From an uncultured Acidobacteriota bacterium (GTDB lineage Bacteria; Acidobacteriota; Thermoanaerobaculia; UBA5066; Gp7-AA6): DNA of 64,000 bases. The first letter of the stretch is position 1. Each line of letters begins with the position of its first letter. Positions 21,993 to 32,593 of the stretch are shown in pieces. The notes beneath the pieces were generated by a model. It was not told the origin of the DNA. It was given only the letters and a program-made list of their open reading frames with translations, and searched no databases. Position numbers and translations under genes: made by a program. The stretch is taken from the NCBI GenBank assembly GCA_963782815.1, contig CAWALG010000030.1, positions 41,187 to 105,186 on the forward strand. Direction: 5' to 3'.

Positions 21993-23477
21993 TCATGCCG
22001 GCGCCGGCTGTTGCTCGGAGCGGATCTCGGTGACGGCCGCTCGGATGTCCTCCATCCCTTCGCGCATGCGCTCGGCATGGGTTCGGAAGGAGAGAACGCA
22101 GATGCGGATGGCGAATCGCTCCGTCTCCCTCTCCCCGCGGGAGAGGGTTGGGGTGAGGGGCGCCTCAGCATCGTTCCTGTCAGGTAGACGCGCTTCTTCG
22201 CGTTGATGCGCTCCAGAAGATCCCGGTTGATCCGGTTCAGGGCTTCGTCGTCGTGGCCTTCGCCTCTCCAGCGGAAGGCCACGATCGAGAGCTGGGGCTC
22301 GGCCAGGATCTCGATGGCCGGGATCTTCCGCAGCTCCTCCGCGGCCCACGCGGCGAGATCGAGCTTCTCGTCGAGGTTCGCGCGGAAGGGTCCGATGCCG
22401 TGCATCTTGATCGGGAGCCAGGCGCGCAGGCCCCGCCAGCTCCGCGAGAGCTCCGGCGAGATCTGGTTGAAGTCCACGAGGTCGGGGTCCTCCTGCATCG
22501 AGGGGAGGTAAGGGGCCGACAGTGCGTGCGCGCGCTTCAGCGCGTCGCCGTCGCGCACGAGGAGCGAGCCGATCCCGTAGGGAAGGAAGAGGCTCTTGTG
22601 CGGGTCGAGCGTGATCGAGTCGGATCGCTCGGCGCCCGCCATCGCCTTGCGGCCGCGCTCGGTCAGGAGAAAGAAACCGCCGTAGGCGCCGTCCACGTGG
22701 AACCAGAGTCTTTCGCGGGCGGCGATGTCCGCGAGCGCCGCGAGGTCGTCCACCGCGCCGGTATTGACGCTGCCGGCGTTGCCGACGACGAGAAACGGCT
22801 GGAATCCGGCCGACCGGTCGGCCGCGATCGCGCGCGCCAGGTCTTCCACCCGGATCCGGAAGAGCCCGTCCGTCGGGATCTCCCGGACGTTCCCCTCCGG
22901 GAAACCGGCGAGCATCGCCGCCTTCTGGATGGAGTGGTGGACCTGGTCGCTGGCGTAGATCGTGCCGGAGAGAAAATTCTCGGGCAATCGCTCGCGCCGG
23001 GCGGTGACGACCGCCGAGAAGTTCGCGAGCGACCCTCCCGTCGTCAGGATTCCCCGCGCCGTCTCGGGATACCCGCGATCTGGCAGAACCAGGAGACGAC
23101 GTTCGTCTCGATCTGCGCCAGGCCCGGCGCCGCGGCGAAGACGCCGACATAGCGGTTCGTCGCTCCCGCGATCAGGTCCGCGACCGCCGCGTGCGGGACG
23201 CCTCCGCCCGGGATGTAGGCGAGGTAGCCGGGCCCCGCGGTGTTGAACCCCTTCGGAATGACCTTCTCGAAGAGCAGGTCGAGCAGCTCGCCGGCCGGCC
23301 GCCCCGTCTCCGGCAGGGGCTCCCGCAGCGACCGCGCCAGGGCCGCTGCCCCGGCCGAGTCCCCGAGGGCTGGCGCGGCAGCGATTCAATGTAAGCGAGG
23401 ATGCGCTCCGTCGCAGCCTCGATCAGGCCGCGCAGCTCTTTTGAAGAGAGCTCGAGCGTTCGGTCGGCATCGTTCAT
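21993..23477 (-). CDS. pyridoxal-dependent (group II, aromatic-amino-acid-type) decarboxylase, disrupted (2 frameshifts near 23365 and 23075 plus a palindromic insertion at 22121-22164); possibly a pseudogene
   Basis: The reading starts MNDADRTLELSSKELRGLIEAATERILAYIESLP. It continues ...GPGYLAYIPGGGVPHAAVADLIAGATNRYVG..., then ...TTGGSLANFSAVV...DPHKSLFLPYG (PLP lysine)...KRVYLTGTML. The expected tail ERFAIRICVLSFRTHAERMREGMEDIRAAV...* is found in another frame (ORF 21993..23150). Confidence 0.85.
22121..22164 (+). repeat. GC-rich palindromic element (ctctccc-cgc-gggagag + ggttggggtgaggggcgcc) lying inside the decarboxylase CDS
   Basis: The sequence is ccgtctccctctccccgcgggagagggttggggtgaggggcgcc. 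A second copy in the same orientation is intergenic at 36016-36053. Confidence 0.85.
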
Positions 23478-23577
23478 CGGGTTCTCGCGAGCGATCTATC
23501 TTAAGGGAGGCCGTGCCAAGGCTGGACGATCGTCCAGCTATCTCCGGCTCTCCCTCTCAGGCATACTTCTCCGGCGT

Positions 23578-23653
23578 TGTGGGGTAGTTGAATTGGTACA
23601 ACGTCCGGCTGTTAACCGGAAGGTTGGTGGTTCGATTCCACCCCCCACAGCCA
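23578..23653 (+). tRNA. tRNA-Asn (anticodon GTT), CCA encoded
   Basis: Manual cloverleaf: acceptor TGTGGGG/CCCCACA, D arm GTTG-AATTGGTA-CAAC, anticodon arm TCCGG-CTGTTAA-CCGGA, variable AGGTT, T arm GGTGG-TTCGATT-CCACC, discriminator G, CCA. Length 76 nt. Confidence 0.95.
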
Positions 23654-23817
23654 ACCGTCGCTCCGCGCTCCGCAAGGGATCTGCGCCCTGCGGGCGCACC
23701 GGCGAGCGGCTCGGCCGGATGCGGCCTCGACCGCTCGCCTGATCCCTTGCTCCGCGCTTCGCTCCCGCGGCGGGAGGCTCCTCCCTCGCCTGCTCGGGAG
23801 ACTCCTCCCGCCGCGAG
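23654..23817 (+). repeat. R module copy 1 (structured GC-rich dispersed repeat) directly after tRNA-Asn
   Basis: Hairpins are gcgccc-tgc-gggcgc and ggcgagcgg...ggccg-gatg-cggcc...ccgctcgcc (23701-23739). Homologous to 32897-33096 and 36064-36210, and partly to 37327-37400. Confidence 0.85.
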
Positions 23818-24102
23818 ACCGGAACCGGAAGGGACGGGTTCTTTTGGCCCTCCTAGGCGCGGACACCGGTACGAACCGGGCGGGCCTTATCCACGGCCAA
23901 AGACCATCCCCGCCCAAGTTCGGAGACCCAAACAATCAGTCTCCCCGCTTCGCAAAGGCCCAGCCGTTACGGTTGTACCTCTCCGGTAACTCCCGCAGAA
24001 GCGGGAGGTGGATGTAAGGGGAGATGCTGCGGGGCAGTTATCCCCCCTGGGTCGCTCGTAGAAGCCATCGAGTTAATCGGGACGATCGTCGGTCCTTGCA
24101 TT

Positions 24103-27091
24103 TCAAAGACCGTCCAGGGGTCCCTGGCTGACCCACAGGGACATTAAAGGCGGCCGTGAGGTCACTACCTGATAGACCCGAACTTGCGCTTGTGAGTTAG
24201 AGAGCGCTGAACTTGTTGTCGAGAACCGGTTTACGTAATCATGCACCGAGAACCGGTACAGGCCATCGCTTTCTGCAGAAGCGTCGTAGTCTGGCCCAAA
24301 ACTCGAGGTGTCATCCAAGTCAAGATGAACAATCGACGGCCAGGGGCTACCCAAGTTGGAGTCGGCGTAGGGATAGAACATGTGGAAACGACTGCCGTCG
24401 GGAAGGGGACCCGTAAAGTGCGAATCAAGATCTGGGGGTACCGGGCCCCATGTCAGTACTATCCGGGTCTACCGGCGGAATGATAGCCGTGATCACCCCA
24501 TTTTGATTCCCGGTGAAGGTTCCGCCGATGCACAGCACAGGGAAATAGCTGGTTCGAATATCCAGCCCCGCTGGCCTCAGCGGTATAGTTGCCCGCCGGG
24601 ATACTGGCCAGTGAGTATGCTCCATTCGAGCCAGTGCTCGTCGTCGCAGCAAAAGCGCCGCTGGTAGTATTCAGGCCGGGCCTCAGGCCATAGCTAATCC
24701 AGGCACCCAGCTCCAGAGATCGCATTAAAGACGGAACCCCCGACGCCGCCAGGACCAGAATGTGCGATATCTACTTGAAGGATGACGTCCAGTGTCTTCG
24801 TCTCATTCGGAAGAACGGTGACATTATTATAGGTCACCGGCAAGTAGCCCGGCCGGGAGATCTGAATCGATAGACCGCTCCTGGAATCGCAGCCACTTGA
24901 AACTGGCCCTCCGTATCCGTAAGCAGGGAATCTATGAGGTCCCCGTCACGATAGACCGCTACAACGGAATTCGGCAGCGGGAAATGCGTGATCGCGTCGC
25001 GGACCACGCCCACGATCCTGCCGTTCGAGCCTAGTCCTCCCTCCGCGATGAGCCGCCGAAACTGGATGACTAGCCGGGAAGTCCTGATCCGCCAGGGTGT
25101 GGTCGAATATTTGCACGAGGATACCCGCGTTGGCCTCGAGGCCGCCCGAAGATCTGCCAGATCGGGGTTCGGAGAAATGACGTCAATCTCCCCAAAGGCG
25201 TCGAGATCGGCGCGAGGTCCGATCACTCCGTAGACCAAGAGCTTCCGAACCTCGGTCCAACAAGGGCCTTGATATTGGCGCCCACGGAAAACTCCGGACC
25301 GCTGAAGGACAAGGAACTGGAAAACGCCGAAATGGGGCTCCAGCTTCATTCCGCGAAACCGACCCCGGCGGTCGCGATCGCCGCCTGAGTCACTTCCACC
25401 TGAATTCCCGCGGACGCTGTTCCTTTGGCGTGCGCCGTTAAGCTCGACGCTCCCGGAACGATCACCACCGGCAGCCACCCCAACCATATTACGATGGGAT
25501 TCCACTGATACTGTGCGAAGTCGACTTCCTTATCGAAGCTCTACCTCCACTCGACTCTTGATCGTGAGGTCGACGCTTTCGTTGAGCTGAACATAGAACG
25601 CGAGCTGATTGAGGTGGAAATCACTCGCGTCGAAGACGCTAAAGTGGAGCTGGGGATCAGCGGTGATACTCCCATCGAGGAGAATCTGGTCGCTGGTTGT
25701 GGCGGGATTTCCGTCTTTATCGAACACGACGAGGTCGTCCGTCGGACGCTTATCCCGCTATCGGCAGGGGCAGAAGGCGCGGGCGAACCGACGGGTCTGG
25801 AGCGATACTCCCGACGTGGCCGTTACGCTCGAGGCGAGATCTCCGGAGCTAAGGTGTTGATCCAGAACAGCCGACGCGTTTAGGAAGGCCTCGCCGAGCG
25901 ACACCTCCGTCGTCGATACGAGTAGCTGATCACCAGACGTCGTCACGCTGGCGATCTTCCCGAGGAAGCCGGTTGGTATAGGACCGGCCGGCGGCAGGGC
26001 CAATATGGTCCCTGAGTGAGCCGGCAGCTCGGCGTTCGCGGCGGAGGAGATGAGGCCGCGACCGTCGGCGGTAACACCGGTAAGAAGTGTCAACGAGGCG
26101 GGTGACAGCGTTGCTGTGTTGGGCGCCGGAACATTGCCGGCATAGTCGACCGTGGTGGTCACCTTTAGGGTCCGCGGAATCGTCTGGGAGGCCTGGCGCA
26201 GGTCGAATGGTACCGCTGTATACACCAGTGGCAGCCCTCGTCGGGACTGAGAATGAAAGAGTGACGGTGTAAGTCGTCGATGGCAGGAGGACGGCGAAGG
26301 TGGAGGGCTGCACGCCGACGAGCCCCTGAACCGACGGGACGACGAATAGGTCCACATTGTCAAGCCGCTGTGCCACCGTGAATGTCACGGGCATCGGCGA
26401 GACAACGGTTCCGTCACCGATCGTCTTCGTCACCTGGCTGGGGCTCCAGACTGCGACGTTTGCGGAAGCCGTTGCAGCCCAAGTGCCGAAGGGCTTGAAA
26501 GCGCGACCAGAGCATGCCTCCTTGCTGTCCACAAATACGTCGGTTGTGGCACGCTGCCCTGTTCCAGGGCTTACGTCTAAGACATCGCCAGCTCTCAGGA
26601 AATACTTGCTTGGCAGGTCGTCGACAGTCGCTTCGAATTGAGTTCCGGCAACTGTGTCGCCATACCAGAGCCTTGCCGTTCCGGAATTGTGCGTCCTGCC
26701 GGTACAGGCGTTACGAACTGCAAGGCGAATACTCAAGGTATCGCCTGGCTCTAGGCTTACCGGTCCCATCAAGGTTAGCGGAATGGCGTTAAGTTTGGCA
26801 TTCGCAAACCCGCTGCTGCCGCCCTCGACGCCCAGCAGCTGACCCCTAACCAATAGCTAGGCCAGACCTGTAGACGTCAGCGCGCAGGTCAAAATCGGGT
26901 CCCCACGTCATCGCTGTTCTTGAGCCCTATCCACACTTTCGCCGCGCCGAGTGACGAGATGTCGCCCGGCGGGATTGTCCCGGCCTATGCCACTCCCGTT
27001 ACTACGAGACTCACTACAACAGCAAGACAGAGACCTGCGAGAAGGGTGACTGCAGCTTCAATATGCGCTTCCGTCTCTCAAGATGCGACAT
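24103..27091 (-). pseudogene. decayed large secreted/surface protein gene (CarboxypepD_reg-like domains) in low-GC island
   Basis: ATG at 27091 follows aaaaggag, giving MSHLERRKRILKLQSPFSQVSV... (signal-like). The reading then hops between all three minus frames (ORFs 25930..26853, 25758..26363, 25530..25727, 24834..25505, 24459..24725, 24425..24652, 24103..24381). It crosses in-frame stops, e.g. GVA-TAG-AGTIPPGD. Carboxypeptidase-regulatory-like segments include GRIVGVVRDAITHFPLPNSVVAVYRDGDLIDSLLTDTEGQFQVAAIPGAVY and GAYSLASIPAGNYTAEASGAGYS. Confidence 0.7.
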
Positions 27092-27544
27092 CTGACTGTC
27101 TCCTTTTCGGCTGACAGAACGAATTGCAAGGCACCGCCCCGTGTGACTGCCTCAGTTGAGCAACACGTAGAGGCGTTGCCATTGAAGCAGAATCTAAGTG
27201 CCGTAGGTCTGGCGGTGCAATGATACGGACACATCAGTTTGTTCCTCGACTATGCGCAAGACCTGCACACTTAACGCCGGAATGGGGTTTGTCGCTGAGG
27301 CTCAAGGAACTGCTTCGAGTCGACGAAAGGGGGCTTAGGAAGCCAGTACCAAGGGTCGACAGAAATCGGACCATTCAGTTCGAAGTACGCAACGAGTGCA
27401 CAATGTCGTTGTGCCTCTAGTTCGTGATTCGGGAGTACCAGGAACCTTGCGTGTGGTCGACGTCGGACTCTATCGACGATCCGTAGCCGTTCCAGTCACG
27501 AGACGCCAAATTTGCCGAAGCATCTGGGAAGAGGCGCTTCGCCT

Positions 27545-27679
27545 CCATGTCTGTCACACTTCTGCCACACCGATGACCCAGAGACCTGACGAGAGCGAGG
27601 AGAAAACGCCGTACTGACGAGGGTTTCCGGATCTCGCTGCTTCAGAGGACCGGGGGTTCGATTCCACCCCCCACAGCCA
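27545..27679 (+). repeat. X module copy 1 (27545-27654) plus 25-nt copy of tRNA-Asn 3' end (27655-27679)
   Basis: ggttcgattccaccccccacagcca is identical to tRNA positions 23629-23653. The preceding roughly 110 nt are homologous to 32766-32863. Confidence 0.85.
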
Positions 27680-27773
27680 TCTCCCAGGATCAGATGGGCA
27701 ACTCCGTGCGGGCGGCTTTCGTCAACGAAACGGGACGCGGTGGTGTTCGACGGCGCATCGACATGCCAAGTCA

Positions 27774-28712
27774 TTAGAAATTGACGGATCCGGAGACCTG
27801 AACCGAGTATCCCTGGAACGTCGATTTGTTCGAGAACTCCTTCAGGAACTTGGCGCCGAGGCTCACCTTGCGTCCCGGCAACCCGACGTTGGCGGCGAGG
27901 CCGAACGCGTTGATCTGGTAACGAGCATCCGCTTCGGCGACCGTCACGTTGAGACCGGTCTTTGCCGTCGTCTGCCACTGCTCGTACCCGGCCACCCCGA
28001 TCTGGAGGCGCAGGTCCGGCAGCAGCGATACCGTGTGCGTGGCTGAATAGTCGAGGCTCAGCGTCTGGCCGGGGTGAATCCCGGTGCCCTCCTGCGACCC
28101 GTGAAACTCGTAGATCTCGAAGGCGGAGATCGCGGTCGCCCGGTTCTCGGCCAGGTAGACGGTCTCCCCCGCCGAGAGAATGTGGGTCCAGTAGCCGGAT
28201 CCGACGTTGTCGCTCGCCCCGGCCTGGAACCTTCCCGTCGGAGCCAGGAAGCCGTAGGCGAACCGAAGATCGGCGCGTTTCGTCGCCCAGCCGAGGATCA
28301 GGGGCTGGTAGAAGGAGTCCGCCAGCCCCCCGCCTCCGCTGAGGGACCCGGCCACGTCCGAGGCCAGGGAGTTGTTTGCGATCGGAATCGTTGCCGCCAG
28401 CGAGTATTTCGCGCCGCCCAGCTGCGGGAGCACTCCGCTCACCCAGGCGAAAGTGTTCATGTCCATCAGGACAGAGTTCGATCCCGTCGCGAGGGTCTCG
28501 CCGTTGGGCCCCTTCGACTCATCGCGCGAGTAGAAGATGAAAACGTTCGCGTAGGTAAACCCCGGCGCTGGAACGACTCCCGAGTTCGTGGCGCTCATGC
28601 CGAGCGGATAGACGCCCCGGTTCTGCGCGAGCGCTCGCGCCGGAGCCAGCGAGAGGAGAACGGCGGCGGCCAGCACTCCGGCCGCCCGGATCGGAAGGCG
28701 CCGGATCCTCAA
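27774..28712 (-). CDS. outer-membrane channel protein (MetA-pathway/phenol-degradation-like OMP family)
   Basis: TTG at 28712 overlaps the upstream stop (TTGA). The signal peptide is MRIRRLPIRAAGVLAAAVLLSLAPARALAQ. The body is beta-barrel-like, with the C-terminal signature ...STFQGYSVQVSGSVNF. Confidence 0.75.
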   Translation of the reverse strand: MRIRRLPIRAAGVLAAAVLLSLAPARALAQNRGVYPLGMSATNSGVVPAPGFTYANVFIFYSRDESKGPNGETLATGSNSVLMDMNTFAWVSGVLPQLGGAKYSLAATIPIANNSLASDVAGSLSGGGGLADSFYQPLILGWATKRADLRFAYGFLAPTGRFQAGASDNVGSGYWTHILSAGETVYLAENRATAISAFEIYEFHGSQEGTGIHPGQTLSLDYSATHTVSLLPDLRLQIGVAGYEQWQTTAKTGLNVTVAEADARYQINAFGLAANVGLPGRKVSLGAKFLKEFSNKSTFQGYSVQVSGSVNF

Positions 28713-29555
28713 GCTCGAGCCTGGCCGCGCCGGGACAGGCTCCGGGACAGAGGCATGAGAATCAGCAGTCCCACGATCGCCACGACCACGACCATGAGCA
28801 CCACTTTCGGATCGCTGAAGTTCTGCCCTCCCACGACGAGCGCCGCCGCGATGTTGCGCTGAGCGGTGCCCAGGGCCAGGACCCGGCGGGTGTCGAGGGC
28901 GGGCCCGCCGAGGACGTGGCCGATCGCGAAGCCGAAGACGATGAAAAGGATCCCGGCGAGGATGCCGCGCGTGCCGAACACGTCGAGCAGCTTGTCGAAG
29001 TTGGTCACGACGAGAAGCGCGATCAGCAGAATGAGGCTCAGGTTGGAGGTCTTGTCGAGGAAGGGCCTGGCGCGCGCCGCGACGGCATCGAACCGGGCGT
29101 TGACGGCGAGCCCGACGCCGAGGGGCAGCAGCATGAGCAGGACGAGCGAGCGCGCGATCTTCACGGCATCGACCGAGACGCCTTCGAGCAGCCGCGGCAG
29201 GACGAGGGGCATGTAACCGACCGTCAGGACCATCAACAGCACCATGAGGCCGACCGCGAAAGCCAGGTTGCCTTTGGCGAGCCCCGCCAGCTTGGGCAGG
29301 AAAGGAGCGCCGGCCGCCGTTCCCAGGATCAGCAGCCCGGCCGCCAGGGCTTCGTGGAGACGAAGCAGCCTCGCGATCCCGAACGCCCCCGCGGGCATCA
29401 GGACGAAATTCGCCAGCAGGGCCAGGGCAACGAGCCGAACGTTTCGCAGCGGGGCCGCGATCTGCGCCACCGTCAGGGACAGGCCCATCGCGAGCATGCT
29501 CGACACCACGAACACGAGCATGGCGATCGGGACGAGCTTTGCTCAGGAATTCCAT
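28709..29555 (-). CDS. bile acid:Na+ symporter (BASS) family transporter (possible 1-nt indel near 29540)
   Basis: ORF 28709..29521 is polytopic (GTAAGAPFLPKLA, LALGTAQRNIAAALVV). The ATG at 29555 overlaps the upstream stop (TGATG) and gives MEFL.., joining KLVPIAMLVFVV after one indel. The alternative start is 29521. Confidence 0.8.
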
Positions 29556-30565
29556 CACTTCATGACGGCGAGATTGCGCCAGAAGTTCGCCAGGCTCTCG
29601 GTCCCGCCGAAGAGAGTCGTGAAGTGGGTGGAGTCCACGAGCAGGATGTCGCCGGCTCGCCGGTCTTTCGGCGGCATCCACAGGAGCAGGTTGAACTCCT
29701 TGTTCCCGGCGTTGGTGAAGGGATGCGGACGATCCGGGTCGATCAGCTGCCGCGCCAGGACCTTCACCGCGCCGGTGTCCTGCCCGGTCAGCTCGTAATG
29801 GGGGAGGTGGGGGTGGAAATTGAAGGTCGTGACCTTGTCGAGCAAGCCCTTCTCGTCGAGGTCGCGGAACCCCGTGAGCGGCGCGATCTCCTTCGTGCCC
29901 TGGACGACCGCCGGCCGCAGTCCCCACTGGTTGAGCACGGGGACGTCGAGGCCTTTCATCAGCGAGCGCGTGTACTTCCCGAACCGCTGCTGGCGGGGTA
30001 CGAGCCTGTCGCCGTGATGGCGGTATTCCATCTGCCGCTGTTTGAAGTCGTCGGTGAAGCCGACGTCGTGGTGCGGCGCGAGCAGCAGGCAGGTCCCTTC
30101 GCGCCGCAGCCACTCGCGGATGGCCTCGATCTCCTCCGGCTCGGCCACCTGGTCGGAAGCGAGATGGTCGAGGCCGAAGACCATGAGGGTGTCGGTGTCG
30201 GCGAGGATCCGCTCGTCGATGGGGAGGCGGTAGCCCGCCTGGTCGATCCGCTGGAAGACGGCGACCGGGTAGCCCGTTGCTTCCCCGGCGATCTGCTGGA
30301 AGCTGAGCGTCGAGCGGTGAAACAGCTCCAGCGTTCCCGCGATCCCCTGGAGAAACTGCGCCGCGCTGTACTCGGGAGTCTCGTAGGCGGGCCAGAGGAC
30401 GTTGCGGACCTCGGTGATCGTGGAGAAACGGTTCTCCATCGCGGCCGGATCGCGGCCGGCCTCCCAGGGATAGCTCCAGGTCCAGTAGATGCTCAGCCGC
30501 CGCTTGCCCGGCTTGTGCGCTCGGGCGACGTGAGCCTGGTTATAGGTTCGCGCGGGCTGCTTCAT
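29555..30565 (-). CDS. conserved hypothetical protein (336 aa)
   Basis: Intact ORF 29555..30571. The ATG at 30565 follows gaggag. The sequence ...DTLMVFGLDHLASDQVAEPEEIEAIREWLRREGTCLLLAPHHDVG... matches no family I can name with confidence. Confidence 0.7.
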   Translation of the reverse strand: MKQPARTYNQAHVARAHKPGKRRLSIYWTWSYPWEAGRDPAAMENRFSTITEVRNVLWPAYETPEYSAAQFLQGIAGTLELFHRSTLSFQQIAGEATGYPVAVFQRIDQAGYRLPIDERILADTDTLMVFGLDHLASDQVAEPEEIEAIREWLRREGTCLLLAPHHDVGFTDDFKQRQMEYRHHGDRLVPRQQRFGKYTRSLMKGLDVPVLNQWGLRPAVVQGTKEIAPLTGFRDLDEKGLLDKVTTFNFHPHLPHYELTGQDTGAVKVLARQLIDPDRPHPFTNAGNKEFNLLLWMPPKDRRAGDILLVDSTHFTTLFGGTESLANFWRNLAVMK

Positions 30566-30595
30566 GGCCACTCCTCTTCTCCTGTCGGAACGGTT

Positions 30596-31914
30596 TCATC
30601 CGAGTGACGTGAGATACCGAAGCGCCTTCAAGCCGGGAAGAAAGAAGTAGGCGCCTCCTCTCACGGTCGTGAAGGCCGGAAGACCGGTGATGGTCTTCCG
30701 GATCGGGCGCTTCGGGATCTTGAATTCGAGCGTTCCATCTTGGTTGCCGATGATGGGATCCCGCTCGTTGACGAGCTCGTGGAAGGCCTTGTCGTTGGCC
30801 CACACGTTCTGCGCGAACTCGAACTGGCGGACGAGGCTCGCGCAGATCACGAATGCCGCGATGCCGCGCTCCTTGCCGTCCTCGGGCGCGTCCTCGGGCA
30901 GGGGCGGGCCGTAGGTGGCGCCGCGCCGGATCATGCGGCGGCGGTTCATGTTCGCGCCGGTGTCCCGAGGGTTCATCCGCCGCATGTGGGAGCCGAGCGG
31001 CACGGCGTAGCCGTGCGGGTCCTGCTGCTTGTAGTTGAAGTCATTGTTCCGCTGCGGGTCGGCGCCCAGCGCCGGGTCGTCCTTGTCCGGCGCCAGGACC
31101 AGCGGCGCGCCGCTGCGCCAGCCGGCCCATGAGCTTCGCGGCGACGAGCTCCTGCTCCTCGGGCGTCTGGCCGTGCGTCTTCAGGAAGTCGCGGAACGCG
31201 CCCACGTGCTCCTCCAACCGCCGATACGCCATGAAGCTGCCGTTTCGCGAGAGAAGCTCGGGCTGCGGCTGAAGCAGAGGCGGACCGTTTTCGTCCGGAT
31301 AGCCGAGGATGAACTCGCCCGGCTTCAGCGGCGCGCCGGAGCCGGGCGTGGGCTCCTCGCCCGAGCCTTCGATGACCGGCTGCGACAGCCGGTCGCGGTA
31401 ACCAAAGTGGTCGTGCGCATAATCGAACGGCGGGGTCGCCTCCAGATCGAGCGTCGACAGCACACTCACGCCGTCGCATCGGGCGATGAGCTTCTCGTGC
31501 TCGGCCCGGCTGCGCTCGCGGTCGGCGGCGTCGCGCGCGAAAAGGATCACGATGGCGTGCAGGTCGGGGCTGGCCAGGCCTCCGACCCAGTTGTCGGGAT
31601 GGTTCGCGCCGGTATCGCCGAGGATCTGCGCGCGCGCCACCATGCCTTGCCGGAACTCATCGGGGAACGTCGCCAGGGACGCCTCGTCCACTCCGAGCGC
31701 GCGCAGGCCGTTGCAGGTGAAGGCCACCGTCACCCAGCGACGCTCCGTCTCGACCGATGCGCTGCATGGCGGCGGCGGACTGCACCTTGTCCAGAATCGC
31801 GGCAAGCCACGCGCGTCCGCCTGCCGGGTTCCGGAACGACAGGAACTCGTACCGGCCCGTGAGCGCGGGCGCGCGCGTCAGCAGGATGTGCTGGATGTCG
31901 TCGAAGGCGAGCAC
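30596..31914 (-). CDS. DyP-type peroxidase (locus A; apparent frameshifts near 31750 and 31125)
   Basis: GTG at 31914 gives MLAFDDIQHILLTRAPALTGRYEFLSF. The middle part contains HFGYRDRLSQP (GxxDG-region variant). After ...AAKLMGRW the reading SGAPLVLAPDKDDP...GYAVPLGSHMRRMNPRD holds the proximal His. The sequence also has FEFAQNVW and ends ...FFLPGLKALRYLTSLG*. Confidence 0.85.
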
Positions 31915-32490
31915 CGCTCGCTCACTGCATCTGGTCGAGCATGGTCGAGAACGACGGCCTTCAGCTGCAGCGCCTTCTTGATCTCGTCGGCGCTGACGAA
32001 TGGATACTCGCCGTACTCCAGGAAGCTCGGGCACTGGTGATCGCGGACAAACTTGATGAAGGCCGGCGGGTTCGTCTTCCAGTCCTTGGGGAAGCCCTCG
32101 AGGTTTTCAAAAACGGTGTTGATGCCGAGCTTCGTGAAGAGCGCCACCGCATCCTCGGTGTACTTGTCGAAGTCGGTGTCGAAGATTCCCTGGTACATGA
32201 AATAAGTTTCGCCCTTGATCGGGAACAGCACCCAGCGCAGGTAGTGCAGCTTGAGCACGGCGAGGCAGTCCGGCTGGCCGGCGACCGCCTTTTCGATGTT
32301 CTTGCGCGTATTCGTGGAAGACCGGTTCCCGTCCCGGGATGATCTTCGCGATGATCGTGAAGCCATAGCACGCGGGCGTTTTGGGAAAGATCGGCCCGTA
32401 TCGCCCGTCTTCTTTCTTGAAGAAGCCCTCCTTCGGGATTGCCATCGCGGCTGGCCTGGTCCAATCATTCTGGTTGGGGATGTTTGCCAT
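31878..32490 (-). CDS. uncharacterised DyP-associated protein, single H-Y-L-R-W-V domain (apparent frameshift near 32305; 3' end uncertain, 31878-31927)
   Basis: ATG at 32490 follows aaggagga, giving MANIPNQNDWTRPAAMAIPKEGFFKKEDGRYGPIFPKTPACYGFTIIAKIIPGREPVFHEY. After the frame change it reads RKNIEKAVAGQPDCLAVLKLHYLRWVLFPIKGETYFMYQGIFDTDFDKYTEDAV...FVRDHQCPSFLEYGEYPFVSADEIKKA. Homologous to both halves of 49202..50506. Confidence 0.7.
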
Positions 32491-32593
32491 GTTCCTCCTT
32501 AAATGGGTACGGTCGTGAAGGTTGAACTTTTTAACCGTTGAGCGGCCTGCCGTCAAGCGAAACGTTCGATCGGGCCGGAACATTCGAATCCTC

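Noticed and set aside
23818-24102. Non-coding stretch after R module 1 as a structured RNA (group II intron domain V, RNase P, retron msr/msd)
   Set aside because: I could not find the diagnostic consensus strings (e.g. GAGGAAAGTCC for RNase P, or the domain V AGCCGTAT..ACGGTTC pattern), and no RT gene is nearby. Only a short hairpin (cccgc-agaa-gcggg) is evident.
27545-27679. X module + T-arm/acceptor copy (and its twin at 32766-32896) as a functional tRNA, tRNA-Sec or tmRNA gene
   Set aside because: No 5' acceptor strand (tgtgggg or a wobble variant) exists upstream. Candidate anticodon-like hairpins are not conserved between the two copies. The 27655 copy has a mismatched T stem. The discriminator and acceptor do not fit tmRNA (no G3:U70, no ACCA end).
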